DNA of 64,000 bases. It comes from a bacterium (GTDB lineage Bacteria; UBA8248; JACPRG01; G963555815). The position numbers and the translations under genes were made by a program. This document shows, one piece after another, positions 18,392 to 28,666 of the stretch (position 1 is the stretch's first letter; each line of letters starts with the position of its first letter). The stretch lies in assembly GCA_965261595.1 (NCBI GenBank), contig CBDHDG010000006.1, positions 736,001-800,000 on the forward strand. Direction: 5' to 3'. Under the pieces are notes generated by a model. It had not been told where the DNA came from and ran no database searches. It was given only the letters and a program-made list of their open reading frames with translations.

Positions 18392-18711
18392 TTCCGGGGA
18401 CTCCGGCGGAAGGATTGAATTACTGAAGATCGAGTGTAAAGCACTCAAAAAATAATAGAAACCCATCCCTCGGCCTGTCAAATCGGCGAGGTGCGGCGCG
18501 GGGGGTCGACCCGGCGATCGGCATCGAGGTGAAACGTGCGCCCCGGAGGCCGCCGGATTCGCGATTCGGCGGCGCGGGGGAGGTTGTCAAACGGCGGCGC
18601 CACATATAATAGACAGGAGACTCAATCCCTCGGGCAAGACGGGCGGCGGCCCGAGACGAGCAGCGGCCCGAGACGGGCGACGGCCGTTGATGCGGTGGAA
18701 CGGATTCAACC

Positions 18712-19587
18712 TTGAGAAAGAGCGTTCGGATCGGAGAGGAGCTTTTTCGGCCCACCCAGCCCCGCCGGGAACGCGGACCGTGGCTGCACGTCCTTCTCTT
18801 CCTGACAACCGTCGTGACGACCGTAGGCGTCGGGGGCTCGGGCATCGGCCGGTTCTCTTTCTCCGAACCCTTTGATCTCGGAAACGGCATCGCCTTTTCG
18901 GCAACTTTACTCTTGATCCTGGGGACCCACGAGCTGGGTCACTACTTCGCGGCCCGGCGCTGGTTCATGCGGGTGTCGTTGCCCTATTTCATCCCGGTCC
19001 CATTCGCCCTGGGGACGATGGGGGCGTTCATCCGCCTTCGATCGCCCATCCCCAACCGGCGGGTGCTTTTGGATGTCGGGGCATCCGGGCCCCTGGCGGG
19101 CTTTGCGGTCGCCGTTCCCGCCGTGATCGTCGGGATCTACAACTCCAGGGTTTTGCCCCCGATGGACCTTCAGGGCGGAATCGCCTTGGGGGAGCCGCTT
19201 GTGTTCTCGTTTTTGGCGAAACTGATCCTGGGTGTCTCCAGCTCGGATTACACCATCCTCCTCCACCCTATTGCGCTGGCGGGGTGGCTGGGGCTGTTTG
19301 TGACCGCCCTGAACCTGCTGCCGATGGGCCAGCTCGACGGCGGCCACATTCTCTACGCCCTTCTTGGGCGCAGACAACATGTCGTTACGTTGGCGGCGGT
19401 CGCGGTTCTGGTCCTGCTGGCCTCTTTCTGGCTGGGGTGGCTGGTCTGGGTCGTGATCCCGTTCATCCTCGGCTTTCGTCACCCACCGTCTCTGGACGAC
19501 GATTTGCCGCTCGACCCCCGCCGGAAGGTCCTCGGGTGGATCTGCGTGGGCGTCTTTGCCGTCAGTTTCACTCCGATGCCGTTCTAG
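18712..19587 (+). CDS. Site-2 protease (peptidase M50)
   Basis: HELGH, GTMGAFI, SGPLAGF, NLLPMGQLDGGH; multiple TM segments. Confidence 0.9.
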   Translation: MRKSVRIGEELFRPTQPRRERGPWLHVLLFLTTVVTTVGVGGSGIGRFSFSEPFDLGNGIAFSATLLLILGTHELGHYFAARRWFMRVSLPYFIPVPFALGTMGAFIRLRSPIPNRRVLLDVGASGPLAGFAVAVPAVIVGIYNSRVLPPMDLQGGIALGEPLVFSFLAKLILGVSSSDYTILLHPIALAGWLGLFVTALNLLPMGQLDGGHILYALLGRRQHVVTLAAVAVLVLLASFWLGWLVWVVIPFILGFRHPPSLDDDLPLDPRRKVLGWICVGVFAVSFTPMPF

Positions 19588-19746
19588 TTCTGAATGGCAG
19601 CCCACCCGGTCCGGACTTTGAATGTATTGAAAACGCTTGACTGGCGGATTCCGGTCTGATTCCATGAGGGGGGAAGCGGACGGAGGGCGCGGCGCGGGCG
19701 TGAAACGCGGGCCTGCCTGAGCACCGAGTCGGGACAGAGGATTTTC

Positions 19747-20799
19747 ATGGCCAATCAAAAAGGGCTGCTGCTTGGCCTGGACATCGGCGATCATGCCATT
19801 AAGCTCATTCAACTTCGGTGGGAGCAGGATGGTTTCTCCCTGGAAAGGCTCGGCAGAGGCACGCTGGATGAAGGCGTGATGCGGGCCGGGGAGATCGGGA
19901 ACGAAGACGCGCTGATCGAGGCCATTCAGAAGTTGATGGCGAAGGAGAGCGTCAAAGAGACCCGCGTGGCCGTTTCCCTTTCGGGCGGCGGCGTCGCGCT
20001 GCGAACCGTCTGGGTGCCTGAAACGGCCAAAGAGGAAATGGAGTCCCTCATCGCCTGGGAGGGGGAGCAGTACCTTCCCTCCCCCATCGAGGACCTGAAC
20101 CTGGACTATGTGATCCAGGGCGAGACCAATGAGGAGGGGAAACGATGGCTTCGGGTTCTCCTGGCCGGCGCCCGAAAGCCGTTTGTCGATAAATACCGTG
20201 ACGTGATCAGCCGGGCGGGTCTCAAGCCCATCGTCATGGACTGCACGCCCTTGGCCCTGGAAAACGGGTTCGAGGCCAGCGGCTCGACAAACGGAGACGA
20301 CAGCTTCCTGCTGCTGGATATCGGTTCACAACTGACCTATGCCCACACCGTGAGCGGGGGTCTTTCCCTGCTGACCCATCACTTTCTCCTGGGCGGGGAC
20401 GATTACACCCGCGCGGTCCAGGAAGGTCTGGACGTGGATTTCGACCAGGCCGAAGCGATCAAATGCGGCGGGGACCCGGACCATTCCGTGGGGTCCTTAA
20501 GCGGCTATCTCGATCCCGTGACCGACCGGATCGCCTCGGACCTCAAGCGCTTCCTTACCCTCTATGAGGCCGAGTGGGGCAACCTCCCGATTCAGGCCAT
20601 CATCCTGAGCGGCGGCGGCGGGCGTCTCCAGGGCCTGGAAGGCCGGCTGGCCCAAACCTTGGAGCTCCCCGTCGAGATCGCCAATCCCTTCGCCCAGGTC
20701 AGTTTCAGCGACCAGGAGTTCGACCCTTACTTCGTGGCCTCCATGGCCCCCATCTCGGTGATTGCGATGGGGCTGGCCGTCCGGTCCGTCGAGGGTTGA
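19747..20799 (+). CDS. pilM: Type IV pilus assembly protein PilM (actin-like ATPase fold)
   Basis: LGLDIGDHAIKL, EGEQYLP, LLDIGS, ILSGGGG, VEIANPF, GLAVR. Confidence 0.85.
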   Translation: MANQKGLLLGLDIGDHAIKLIQLRWEQDGFSLERLGRGTLDEGVMRAGEIGNEDALIEAIQKLMAKESVKETRVAVSLSGGGVALRTVWVPETAKEEMESLIAWEGEQYLPSPIEDLNLDYVIQGETNEEGKRWLRVLLAGARKPFVDKYRDVISRAGLKPIVMDCTPLALENGFEASGSTNGDDSFLLLDIGSQLTYAHTVSGGLSLLTHHFLLGGDDYTRAVQEGLDVDFDQAEAIKCGGDPDHSVGSLSGYLDPVTDRIASDLKRFLTLYEAEWGNLPIQAIILSGGGGRLQGLEGRLAQTLELPVEIANPFAQVSFSDQEFDPYFVASMAPISVIAMGLAVRSVEG

Positions 20800-20839
20800 T
20801 CCCACAACAGCGGCTTCAGCTTTGACGCAGGTCGATGCC

Positions 20840-21940
20840 ATGCGCACCATTTCCGTTCGTTTGGGCGGGCACCGCCATCCGGTCCTCATCGGCCCGAATC
20901 TGTTGGACCGCGTCGGCCGTCTAATGGCCGCGAGAGAGATCACCGGGCGGGCGATGGTGATCACGAACCCGGCGGTGGGCGGTCTGTACGCCGGGAGGCT
21001 TCGCAAGAGTCTGGACGGGGCGGGCATCCGGAATGAATGCTTTGAAATCCCGGACGGAGAATCCTACAAGAGCCTGGCTTGGTTCGCGAAGGCGCACCGG
21101 GCCATGGCCCGCGCCGGCCTCGACCGGGGCGGGACGGTCGTGGCCCTCGGCGGAGGCGTCGTCGGGGACGTGGGCGGCTTTCTGGCGGCCACGTACATGC
21201 GGGGGGTGGCGGCGGTGCAGGTCCCGACCAGCCTCATCGCCCAGGTCGACAGCAGCATCGGAGGCAAGACGGGCGTCAATCTGCCCGAAGGCAAGAACCT
21301 GGTCGGCGCGTTCCACCAGCCGGACCTTGTGGTCGTGGACCCGCTGACCCTGAAGACGCTCCCCGAGCGGGAATGGGTCTCGGGCATGGCCGAGGTCGTC
21401 AAGTACGGCGTCATCGCCGACGAGTCTTTCTTCGCGTTCGTCGAAGGCGCGCTGGAAAAATTGCGCGGCCTCCGGCCGAAGGCGCTCGAGACGGCCATCG
21501 AAACCTCCTGCCGAATCAAGGGGGCGATTGTAGAGACGGACGAGCGGGAATCGGGCCCCCGGGCCATCCTCAATTTCGGGCACACACTCGGCCACGCCCT
21601 GGAAACCCTGACCCGCTACCGCCGCTATACGCACGGCGAAGCCATCGGCATCGGAATGGCCTGGGCGGGACGGCTCTCGGCGGACCTGGGCCTGTGCGGC
21701 CGGGAGGATTCACGGCGGCTGACGAAGCTGCTCGGAAGGGTCGGTCTGCCCGTGGAGGCCCCCCGGTTGAACCGGCGGAGGTTCATGGAGGCGGTGGGCC
21801 GGGACAAGAAGGTCCGGGCCGGAGGGCCGCGGTTCGTTCTGATGCGGGCCCTGGGCCGGGTGGGCGTCTATGAGGATATCCCCGAGTCCGCCCTTTGGGA
21901 GTCGCTTCGGGACGGCGGCGGCCGCCCGGCGCGGGGTTGA
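20840..21940 (+). CDS. aroB: 3-dehydroquinate synthase
   Basis: DGESYKS, ALGGGVVGDVGGF, PTSLIAQVDSSIGGKTGVN, LNFGHTLGHA, HGEAI. Confidence 0.95.
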   Translation: MRTISVRLGGHRHPVLIGPNLLDRVGRLMAAREITGRAMVITNPAVGGLYAGRLRKSLDGAGIRNECFEIPDGESYKSLAWFAKAHRAMARAGLDRGGTVVALGGGVVGDVGGFLAATYMRGVAAVQVPTSLIAQVDSSIGGKTGVNLPEGKNLVGAFHQPDLVVVDPLTLKTLPEREWVSGMAEVVKYGVIADESFFAFVEGALEKLRGLRPKALETAIETSCRIKGAIVETDERESGPRAILNFGHTLGHALETLTRYRRYTHGEAIGIGMAWAGRLSADLGLCGREDSRRLTKLLGRVGLPVEAPRLNRRRFMEAVGRDKKVRAGGPRFVLMRALGRVGVYEDIPESALWESLRDGGGRPARG

Positions 21941-22038
21941 CGTGAAAAGCCCCCCTTTCTAGACTCTCGGCGGGAGGGCCCCGCTGCGGGGGGGGGCTCC
22001 CGTGAGGGCGGAACCGCCTCGACGGACAAAGGAAAACC

Positions 22039-22491
22039 GTGGCAAAAATCCTTGTCATTCATGGGCCGAATTTGAATCTGCTGGGCAAACGCGAGCCGGA
22101 GACATACGGCCGGGAGACCCTGGAAGAAATCAACGCGTGTCTCCAGGCCCTGGCCGCCGCCGAAGGGGTCGCGCTCGAAACCTTTCAGAGCAACCATGAG
22201 GGGGAGCTCATCGACCGCGTTCACGCGGCCTGCGGGGAGGCGGATTTCATCGTGATCAATCCCGGCGGCTACACCCATGTGAGCGTGGCCCTGCGCGACG
22301 CTCTGAGCGCCGTCGCGATCCCCGTGATCGAGGTTCACCTTTCCAACATCTATGCCCGTGAGGAATTCCGCCGCACTTCACTGGTCGCGCCCGTGGCCAC
22401 GGGTCAGATTGTCGGATTCGGCCCCTTGAGTTACGAGCTGGCGGTCCGGGCCGCGTTGAGCCGAATGGCCGCGGATGGGGGGACGGCCTAG
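22039..22491 (+). CDS. aroQ: Type II 3-dehydroquinate dehydratase
   Basis: HGPNLNLLGKREPETYG, QSNHEG, INPGGYTH, EVHLSNIYAREEFR. Confidence 0.95.
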   Translation: MAKILVIHGPNLNLLGKREPETYGRETLEEINACLQALAAAEGVALETFQSNHEGELIDRVHAACGEADFIVINPGGYTHVSVALRDALSAVAIPVIEVHLSNIYAREEFRRTSLVAPVATGQIVGFGPLSYELAVRAALSRMAADGGTA

Positions 22492-22582
22492 CGCGCCGCC
22501 TCCGAAATGCGTTGAAACTTCACGAATTGCAGAGAAGGCCTGCGAGTGCCGTAGGAGTTGAAGGCGAGAAAGTCATCCTATC

Positions 22583-23653
22583 GTGAACCATGAAAAACGG
22601 GTGGAAGCCCTGCGGAAAACCCTCAAGGCCGAGGAAGGGTTTCTCGTCACGTCCCGGGAGAACGTGCGCTACCTCTCGGGTTTCACGGGCACAGCCGGAA
22701 CCGTGTTCATTTCGCCGGACCGCGCGGTCTTCCTGACGGATTTCCGCTATCTTTCCCAGTCGGAGGAAGAGGTCTCCGGCATGGAACGGAAGGTCTACGC
22801 GAAGCGCCTGGAAGCCCTCGCCGAGACGGCGGCCGACAGCGGGATCTCCCGCCTGAAGTTCGAGGCGGATAGCGTCTATTACGGGGCCTATGAGGAGATC
22901 CGCGACGCCCTGAAAGGGATCGAGCTGACGCCGGCGAAAGAGGTCGTCGAAGGTCTGCGCCGCGTCAAAGACGGCGACGAGCTGGCGGCCATGCGCCGAG
23001 CGGTGGAGATTACGGCGCGGGCCTGGGAGGAAATGGCGGCCGCCCCCATGGCGGGGGTCCGGGAAATGGACATTTCCATCGATCTGGAATTCCGCCTGAA
23101 ACGCGCCGGCTCGGAGAAAGCGCCTTTCGATTTCATCGTCGCGTCGGGTCCGAGGGGAGCCCTCCCGCACGGCGTCGCCTCGGAGCGGCGCGTCCAAACC
23201 GGGGAGCTCGTGACGTTCGACTTCGGCGCCTGCGTCCACGGTTATTTTTCCGACCTGACGCGGACCGTGGCGGTCGGGCCGGTGTCGGAGGAGCTGCGGA
23301 GGATGTATGACCTGGTCCTCGAGGCCAACCGGGCGGGCATCGCGGCCGTCCGGCCGGGCGCTCGCGCCGGGGAGGTGGACGCGGCGGCGAGGGGCGTGAT
23401 CGAGCGGGCCGGTTACGGGGAGCGCTTCGGCCACGGAACGGGCCACGGCCTGGGGCTCGAAATCCACGAGAACCTCCGCATCGCCCGGGGGCAGGACCGG
23501 GAGCTGGTCCGCGACATGGTGTTCACCGTCGAGCCGGGGATCTACGCGCCCGAGGTGGGGGGCGTCCGAATCGAGGACATGGTGCGGGTGACCGAGGACG
23601 GGGCCGAGGTCCTGACGTCGGACATTTCAAAAGACCTGATCGTACTGGAATAG
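22583..23653 (+). CDS. Xaa-Pro aminopeptidase (M24B)
   Basis: YLSGFTG, TDFRY, ALPHG, DFG...SDLTRT, HGTGHGLGLEIHE, TVEPGIY, GVRIED; conserved aroQ-peptidase-efp order. Confidence 0.92.
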   Translation: MNHEKRVEALRKTLKAEEGFLVTSRENVRYLSGFTGTAGTVFISPDRAVFLTDFRYLSQSEEEVSGMERKVYAKRLEALAETAADSGISRLKFEADSVYYGAYEEIRDALKGIELTPAKEVVEGLRRVKDGDELAAMRRAVEITARAWEEMAAAPMAGVREMDISIDLEFRLKRAGSEKAPFDFIVASGPRGALPHGVASERRVQTGELVTFDFGACVHGYFSDLTRTVAVGPVSEELRRMYDLVLEANRAGIAAVRPGARAGEVDAAARGVIERAGYGERFGHGTGHGLGLEIHENLRIARGQDRELVRDMVFTVEPGIYAPEVGGVRIEDMVRVTEDGAEVLTSDISKDLIVLE

Positions 23654-23704
23654 ACCCGCCGGGGAGAGCCCCGGCGAGAAACATGGGGCGAGCCAGGAGG
23701 AGCC

Positions 23705-24271
23705 GTGGGAACCGCGTCGACAACCGAATTTCGAAGCAACTTCAAGATAGAAATGGAGGGCGAGCCCTTCATCATCATCGATTGTCAGCACGTCAAGCCC
23801 GGCAAAGGGGCGGCGTTCGTCAAGACCCGAATCAAGAGTCTCCGGACGGGTCTGGTGCAGGACAAGACCTTCCGCTCCGGGGACAAGGTCGATACGCCCG
23901 ACCTGGATGAACGGGCCATGCAGTATCTCTACCCGGACGGAGACCGGTACTGCTTCATGGACACCAAGACCTACGAGCAGGAATTCCTCACCCGGGATCA
24001 GCTGGGGGACGCCGCCAAGTGGCTCCAGGAAAACCTGGAGGTCGCGATCCTGTTCCACAACGGTCTGCCCATCGGTGTGGATGTGCCCAACTTCGTCACG
24101 CTGAAGATCGCCCAGACGGACCCGGGCGTCCGGGGCGACACGGCGGTGGGCGGGACAAAGCCCGCCACGCTGGAAACCGGGACGGTGGTGATGGTTCCGC
24201 TTTTCATCGAAGAAGGGGAATCCCTCCGGATCGACACCCGGACGGGGGAATACGTCGAGCGGGCCAAATGA
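23705..24271 (+). CDS. efp: Elongation factor P
   Basis: HVKPGKGAAF, TFRSGDK, PGVRGDT, KPATLETG, VPLFI, IDTRTGEY. Confidence 0.96.
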   Translation: MGTASTTEFRSNFKIEMEGEPFIIIDCQHVKPGKGAAFVKTRIKSLRTGLVQDKTFRSGDKVDTPDLDERAMQYLYPDGDRYCFMDTKTYEQEFLTRDQLGDAAKWLQENLEVAILFHNGLPIGVDVPNFVTLKIAQTDPGVRGDTAVGGTKPATLETGTVVMVPLFIEEGESLRIDTRTGEYVERAK

Positions 24272-24454
24272 GGAGGGTCTCCGCCATCAACCCCAGGGTG
24301 GGACATTCGATCCGCCGCCGGTCCCCGCCGTTCCTCAAACATCCGAAGACCCATCAGGGTTCGGCCTCTCTCCTTTCTGATTCATCCGCGTCTTTGCGGA
24401 TGACTTTGCGGTCTCTCCACGGGCCGGGAGATCCTTCACGCTGAGGGAAAACCC

Positions 24455-26188
24455 ATGGAATGGCTCTTCGATCTGATCGACACGATCAACGCCTTTGTCT
24501 GGGGACCCTGGATGATGGTCCTGGTGCTCGGGACCGGTCTGTGGCTCAGCATCGGCACCGGCGCCATCCAGTTGCGCAAGTTCGGCACAGCCGTCCGGCT
24601 GACGGTCCGGAGCGCGGTCCACAAGGATCGGGACGATCTCGGTCCAGGAGAGATCACCCCCTTCCAGGCCCTCATGACCGCCCTGTCAGCGACCGTGGGC
24701 AACGGCAACATCGCCGGCGTGGCAACGGCCATTGCGCTGGGCGGGGTCGGGGCGCCCGTGTGGATGTGGATCACGGGTCTGGTGGGGATGGCGACCAAGT
24801 ACGCCGAGGCCTACCTGGGGGTGAAATACCGCCAAACGCTTCCGAACGGATCCCTGGCGGGCGGGCCGATGTACTTTCTGGAACACGGCCTGGGGGTGAA
24901 GTGGCTGGCCTGGCTGTTCGCCCTGTTCGGCGCGATCACGGCCCTGGTGAGCGGCAACATGGTCCAGGCCAACTCGGCGGCCCTGGTCCTCCAGACCCAG
25001 CTCAGCGTTCCCCTGTGGGTCTCCGGCGTCGTCCTGGCCGTCCTCACGTACTTGGTGATCATCGGCGGGGTGAAGCGGATCAGCCACGTGGCCGCGGTTC
25101 TGGTTCCGATCATGTGCACCATCTACCTGCTGGGCGGATTGGTCCTCATCCTGATTCGCATCGCCGACCTCCCGGCCGCCTTCGCCCTGATTTTCAATAG
25201 CGCCTTCTCGGGCCAGGCGGCGGCGGGCGGGTTCGCGGGGGCCGCGATGGCGCAGACCATGCGGTACGGCGTGGCCCGGGGGATCTTCTCCAATGAAGCG
25301 GGCCTGGGTTCGGCCTCCATCGCCCACGGGGCGGCCATGACCCGCGACCCGGCGCGCCAGGGCGTCATCGCCATGCTGGGCGTCTTTATCGACACCTTTC
25401 TGGTGAACACCGTCACCACGCTCTCCATCGTCTTGACCGGCGTGTGGGTCACCGGTCTGACGAGCACCGCCCTCACGGCCGAGGGCTTCAGCACGGTCAT
25501 GGGAAGCGCGGGCGGGTGGATCGTGGCCTTCGGGTCCATCACCTTCGCCTACAGCACGCTCCTGGCCTGGTCCTATTACGGTCTCCAGTGCATCGAGTAC
25601 ATCTTTGGGGTTCGCGCCTCCCTGCCCTATCGTTGGGTGTGGTGTCTCATGATTATCGCCGGGGCCCTGCTCTCCAGTGACGTGGCCGGGATCAAGTTCA
25701 TCTGGAACTTGGCGGATACGATGAACGGCGCCATGGCGATCCCGAACGTCGTGGGGCTTCTCGGCCTGAGCCTTCTCGTTTTCCGGGGGACCCGGTCGTA
25801 TTTCGGACGCGAGGGTTCAAGCCGGCCCTGGTCGGCAAATTCGGAAAACACACGCCCTCATCCACGCGGGCGGTTTCGGAGAAAAGCCCCGATCCGGCGC
25901 ACCTCCAAGCCCTTCATCCGGCGCGCCCGGCGACCGATGCGCGGGGACCCTCCCGGTTCACCCGCGAGTTCGCATGCGTTGGCGTCATCGAGCGGGACGG
26001 GGCCGAGTGATTTTTCCGCCGGGATTTGCGCAACCCCGAGCGGGCATGGTAAAGAGGGCGCCCGCGATAAAAGCCTCGGCGGGACCACTGGGCGCGCGCC
26101 CCCTCGCCGGAGCGCCGTTTCGCAATCCACATGCCATGCGGGTTTGATTTCCTCCGGAGAGGCGGGAACGCGTCATGTCGAAGATTGA
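24455..26188 (+). CDS. Alanine/glycine:cation symporter (AgcS/AlsT family) with an atypical C-terminal extension
   Basis: TVGNGNIAGVATAI, ATKYAE, GGPMY, GNMVQAN, RGIFSNEAGLGS, FAYSTLLAWSYYG, MAIPN. Confidence 0.9.
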   Translation: MEWLFDLIDTINAFVWGPWMMVLVLGTGLWLSIGTGAIQLRKFGTAVRLTVRSAVHKDRDDLGPGEITPFQALMTALSATVGNGNIAGVATAIALGGVGAPVWMWITGLVGMATKYAEAYLGVKYRQTLPNGSLAGGPMYFLEHGLGVKWLAWLFALFGAITALVSGNMVQANSAALVLQTQLSVPLWVSGVVLAVLTYLVIIGGVKRISHVAAVLVPIMCTIYLLGGLVLILIRIADLPAAFALIFNSAFSGQAAAGGFAGAAMAQTMRYGVARGIFSNEAGLGSASIAHGAAMTRDPARQGVIAMLGVFIDTFLVNTVTTLSIVLTGVWVTGLTSTALTAEGFSTVMGSAGGWIVAFGSITFAYSTLLAWSYYGLQCIEYIFGVRASLPYRWVWCLMIIAGALLSSDVAGIKFIWNLADTMNGAMAIPNVVGLLGLSLLVFRGTRSYFGREGSSRPWSANSENTRPHPRGRFRRKAPIRRTSKPFIRRARRPMRGDPPGSPASSHALASSSGTGPSDFSAGICATPSGHGKEGARDKSLGGTTGRAPPRRSAVSQSTCHAGLISSGEAGTRHVED

Positions 26189-27353
26189 GCGGGTCATCAT
26201 CATCGGGGGCGGCATCATCGGGACGACGCTGGCGTGCTTTCTGTCCCGCGACGGCCGGAAGGTGACCCTGGTGGAGCGGGACGCCCTCGCCCGGGCGACC
26301 ACGGCCAAGAACACGGGCATCCTCGCGCTTTGCAGCCGCCCCGCCGATCACCGGGCCGCCATGGCGATTTACGGCCGGAAGGTCTACGAGGCCCTCAAGA
26401 CGGAGCTGAAGGGCGCGTTCGGGATCGACCGGCGGGGGTCGATGGTCATCCTCCCCGCCGAGAGCGCCGGGAGCGTGGAATCCATCGAAGAGAATTGCCG
26501 GCGGCTCAAAGCCCTGGGCGCGGAGGCGGAGATCCTGGACGGCCCGGAGGTGAAACGGCGGGCGCCGGGGCTGGGGGTGGACGTCCGGGCGGCGTTCCTC
26601 GATCCGTCGGCGGCGATTGTGGACGCCGTGGAGATCTCGCGGGCGCTGGCGGCGGACGCCGTCTCGCGCGGGGCGGAGATTCGCGAGTACGAGCCGGTCC
26701 AGTCCATCATAACGCGGGGGGGCCGGGCCGTGGGGGTCCGGACGCACAAGGGAGCGCTCGAAGCCGACGCCGTCGTCGTGGCGGCCGGGGTGTGGTCGCC
26801 CTTCCTGACCGAGGCCCTGGGGGCCGGGACTCACGTCGTCCCCCGCCGGGGACAGCTCCTCTACACGGAGAAAACGGATGTCGTCTCGCGCCACCTCATC
26901 CAGAACGCCAGCTACGTCCTGGACAAGACAGCCGGCGAGCGGGCGGACGAGGAGGCCATGCCGCGATTCCGGTTCAGCTTTACGCTGGATCAGCACGCCT
27001 CGGGGCACTGCGTCCTGGGGACGACCCGCGAGTTCGCCGGGTATGATGAGCGGCTGACGGCGGAGGGCCGGGGGGCCATGCTCGGGGCCCTGCGCACATG
27101 GTTCCCGGGTCTCGGAAAGCTTCGCGTCGTCCGGGAAGCGGCCGGCCTCCGCCCCTGGACAACCGACCACCACCCCCTCGTCGGCCCGTCCTCGAACATC
27201 GAGGGGCTTTGGTACGCCACGGGCCATGAGGGCGACGGGATCAACCTCGCGCCCGTCACCGCCCATTGGATCGCCGCCCTGATGGCCGGACGGTCGCTGG
27301 AGGTCCCGAACGCGGACCTTTCCCTTCTCCTGCCCGGCCGGCTGGGATTATGA
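26175..27353 (+). CDS. FAD-dependent oxidoreductase, DAO/glycine-oxidase family (copy 1)
   Basis: IIGGGIIG, VVAAGVWS, PRRGQ, AGLRP, ATGHEGDGI. Confidence 0.88.
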   Translation: MSKIERVIIIGGGIIGTTLACFLSRDGRKVTLVERDALARATTAKNTGILALCSRPADHRAAMAIYGRKVYEALKTELKGAFGIDRRGSMVILPAESAGSVESIEENCRRLKALGAEAEILDGPEVKRRAPGLGVDVRAAFLDPSAAIVDAVEISRALAADAVSRGAEIREYEPVQSIITRGGRAVGVRTHKGALEADAVVVAAGVWSPFLTEALGAGTHVVPRRGQLLYTEKTDVVSRHLIQNASYVLDKTAGERADEEAMPRFRFSFTLDQHASGHCVLGTTREFAGYDERLTAEGRGAMLGALRTWFPGLGKLRVVREAAGLRPWTTDHHPLVGPSSNIEGLWYATGHEGDGINLAPVTAHWIAALMAGRSLEVPNADLSLLLPGRLGL

Positions 27354-27434
27354 GACGCGGAAATCTTGGACGGCCGCCCGTCCCCGGGCCATCCGTCGCA
27401 CATCCGTGAAGAACAGGATAGGAGAGAAATCGCC

Positions 27435-28613
27435 ATGTCGAACGTGAACCGGGTCGTCATCATCGGGGGCGGCATCATCGGGACAACCCTGGCGTGCTTT
27501 CTGTCCCGCGACGGCCGGAAGGTGACCCTGCTGGAGCGGGACGCCCTCGCCCAGGGAACAACGGCCAAGAACACGGGCGTCCTCGCGCTTTGCAGCCGTC
27601 CCGCCGATCACCGCGTGGCCTTGGCCTGGTACGGCCGGAACGTCTACGAGAGCCTGAAAAAGGAGCTGAACGATGCGTTCGCCATCGACCAGCGGGGGTC
27701 GATGGTCATCCTCCCGCCGGGAAGCGCCGCGTCGATGGAGTTTCTCGAAAAGACGGTTCGGGGGATCAAGGCCCTGGGCGTAGAGGCGGAGATCCTGGAC
27801 GGCCCGGAGGTGAAGCGGCGGGCGGCGGGGTTGGGGGTGGACGTCCGGGCGGCGCTTTTCGATCCATCCGGCGCGCTGGTCGACGCCGTGGAGATCTCGC
27901 GGGCCTTGGCGGCGGACGCCGTCTCGCACGGGGCGGAAATCCGGGAGCACGAGCCGGTCCGGTCCATCGTAACGCGGGGAGGCCGCGCCGAGGGCGTCCG
28001 GACGGACAAGGGGGAGATCGCGGCCGACGCCGTCGTCGTGGCGGCCGGGGTGTGGTCGCCCTTCCTGGCCGAGGATCTGGGGGTGAAGATCCCCATCGTC
28101 CCCCGCCGGGGGCAGCTCCTCTACACAGAAAAGACGGGCGTCGTTTCACGCCACCTCATCCAGAACGCCAGCTACGTCCTGGACAAAACGGCCGGCGAGC
28201 GGGCGGACGAGGAGGCCATGCCGCGATTCCGGTTCAGTTTCACGCTGCACCAGCACGGCCCGGGACACTGCGTCCTGGGCTCGACGCGGGAGTTCGCCGG
28301 ACATGACGAGCGCCTGACCGACGAAGGCCGGCAGATCATCCTGGAGGCCACGAAAGAATGGTTCCCCGAGGTCGGGCGTCTCCGCATCGATCGGGAGGTG
28401 GCCGGTCTCCGTCCCTGGATGCCCGACCATCATCCCCTCATCGGTCCGTCTTCGGACATCGAAGGTCTCTGGTACGCCACCGGACACGAGGGCGACGGCA
28501 TCAACTACGCGCCTTTCACCGCCAAGTCGATCGCCGCCCAGATGGCCGGGAAAACCGTCGAGATCCCGGGGGTGGACCCGGCGGCCCTGCTGCCCGGCCG
28601 GCTGGGTCTGTGA
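27435..28613 (+). CDS. FAD-dependent oxidoreductase, DAO/glycine-oxidase family (copy 2, tandem paralog)
   Basis: Same motifs and same 1179 nt length as copy 1, with long identical DNA stretches; GGAGAG SD. Confidence 0.88.
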   Translation: MSNVNRVVIIGGGIIGTTLACFLSRDGRKVTLLERDALAQGTTAKNTGVLALCSRPADHRVALAWYGRNVYESLKKELNDAFAIDQRGSMVILPPGSAASMEFLEKTVRGIKALGVEAEILDGPEVKRRAAGLGVDVRAALFDPSGALVDAVEISRALAADAVSHGAEIREHEPVRSIVTRGGRAEGVRTDKGEIAADAVVVAAGVWSPFLAEDLGVKIPIVPRRGQLLYTEKTGVVSRHLIQNASYVLDKTAGERADEEAMPRFRFSFTLHQHGPGHCVLGSTREFAGHDERLTDEGRQIILEATKEWFPEVGRLRIDREVAGLRPWMPDHHPLIGPSSDIEGLWYATGHEGDGINYAPFTAKSIAAQMAGKTVEIPGVDPAALLPGRLGL

Positions 28614-28666
28614 GAACGCGGGATCTCCGGCGGCCGAAGCGGGGCCGATGAGATCCTTCGTTCCGG

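Noticed and set aside
26175..28613. Duplicated sequence as a DGR template/variable pair
   Set aside because: Both copies are full intact genes, differences are not adenine-specific, and there is no RT
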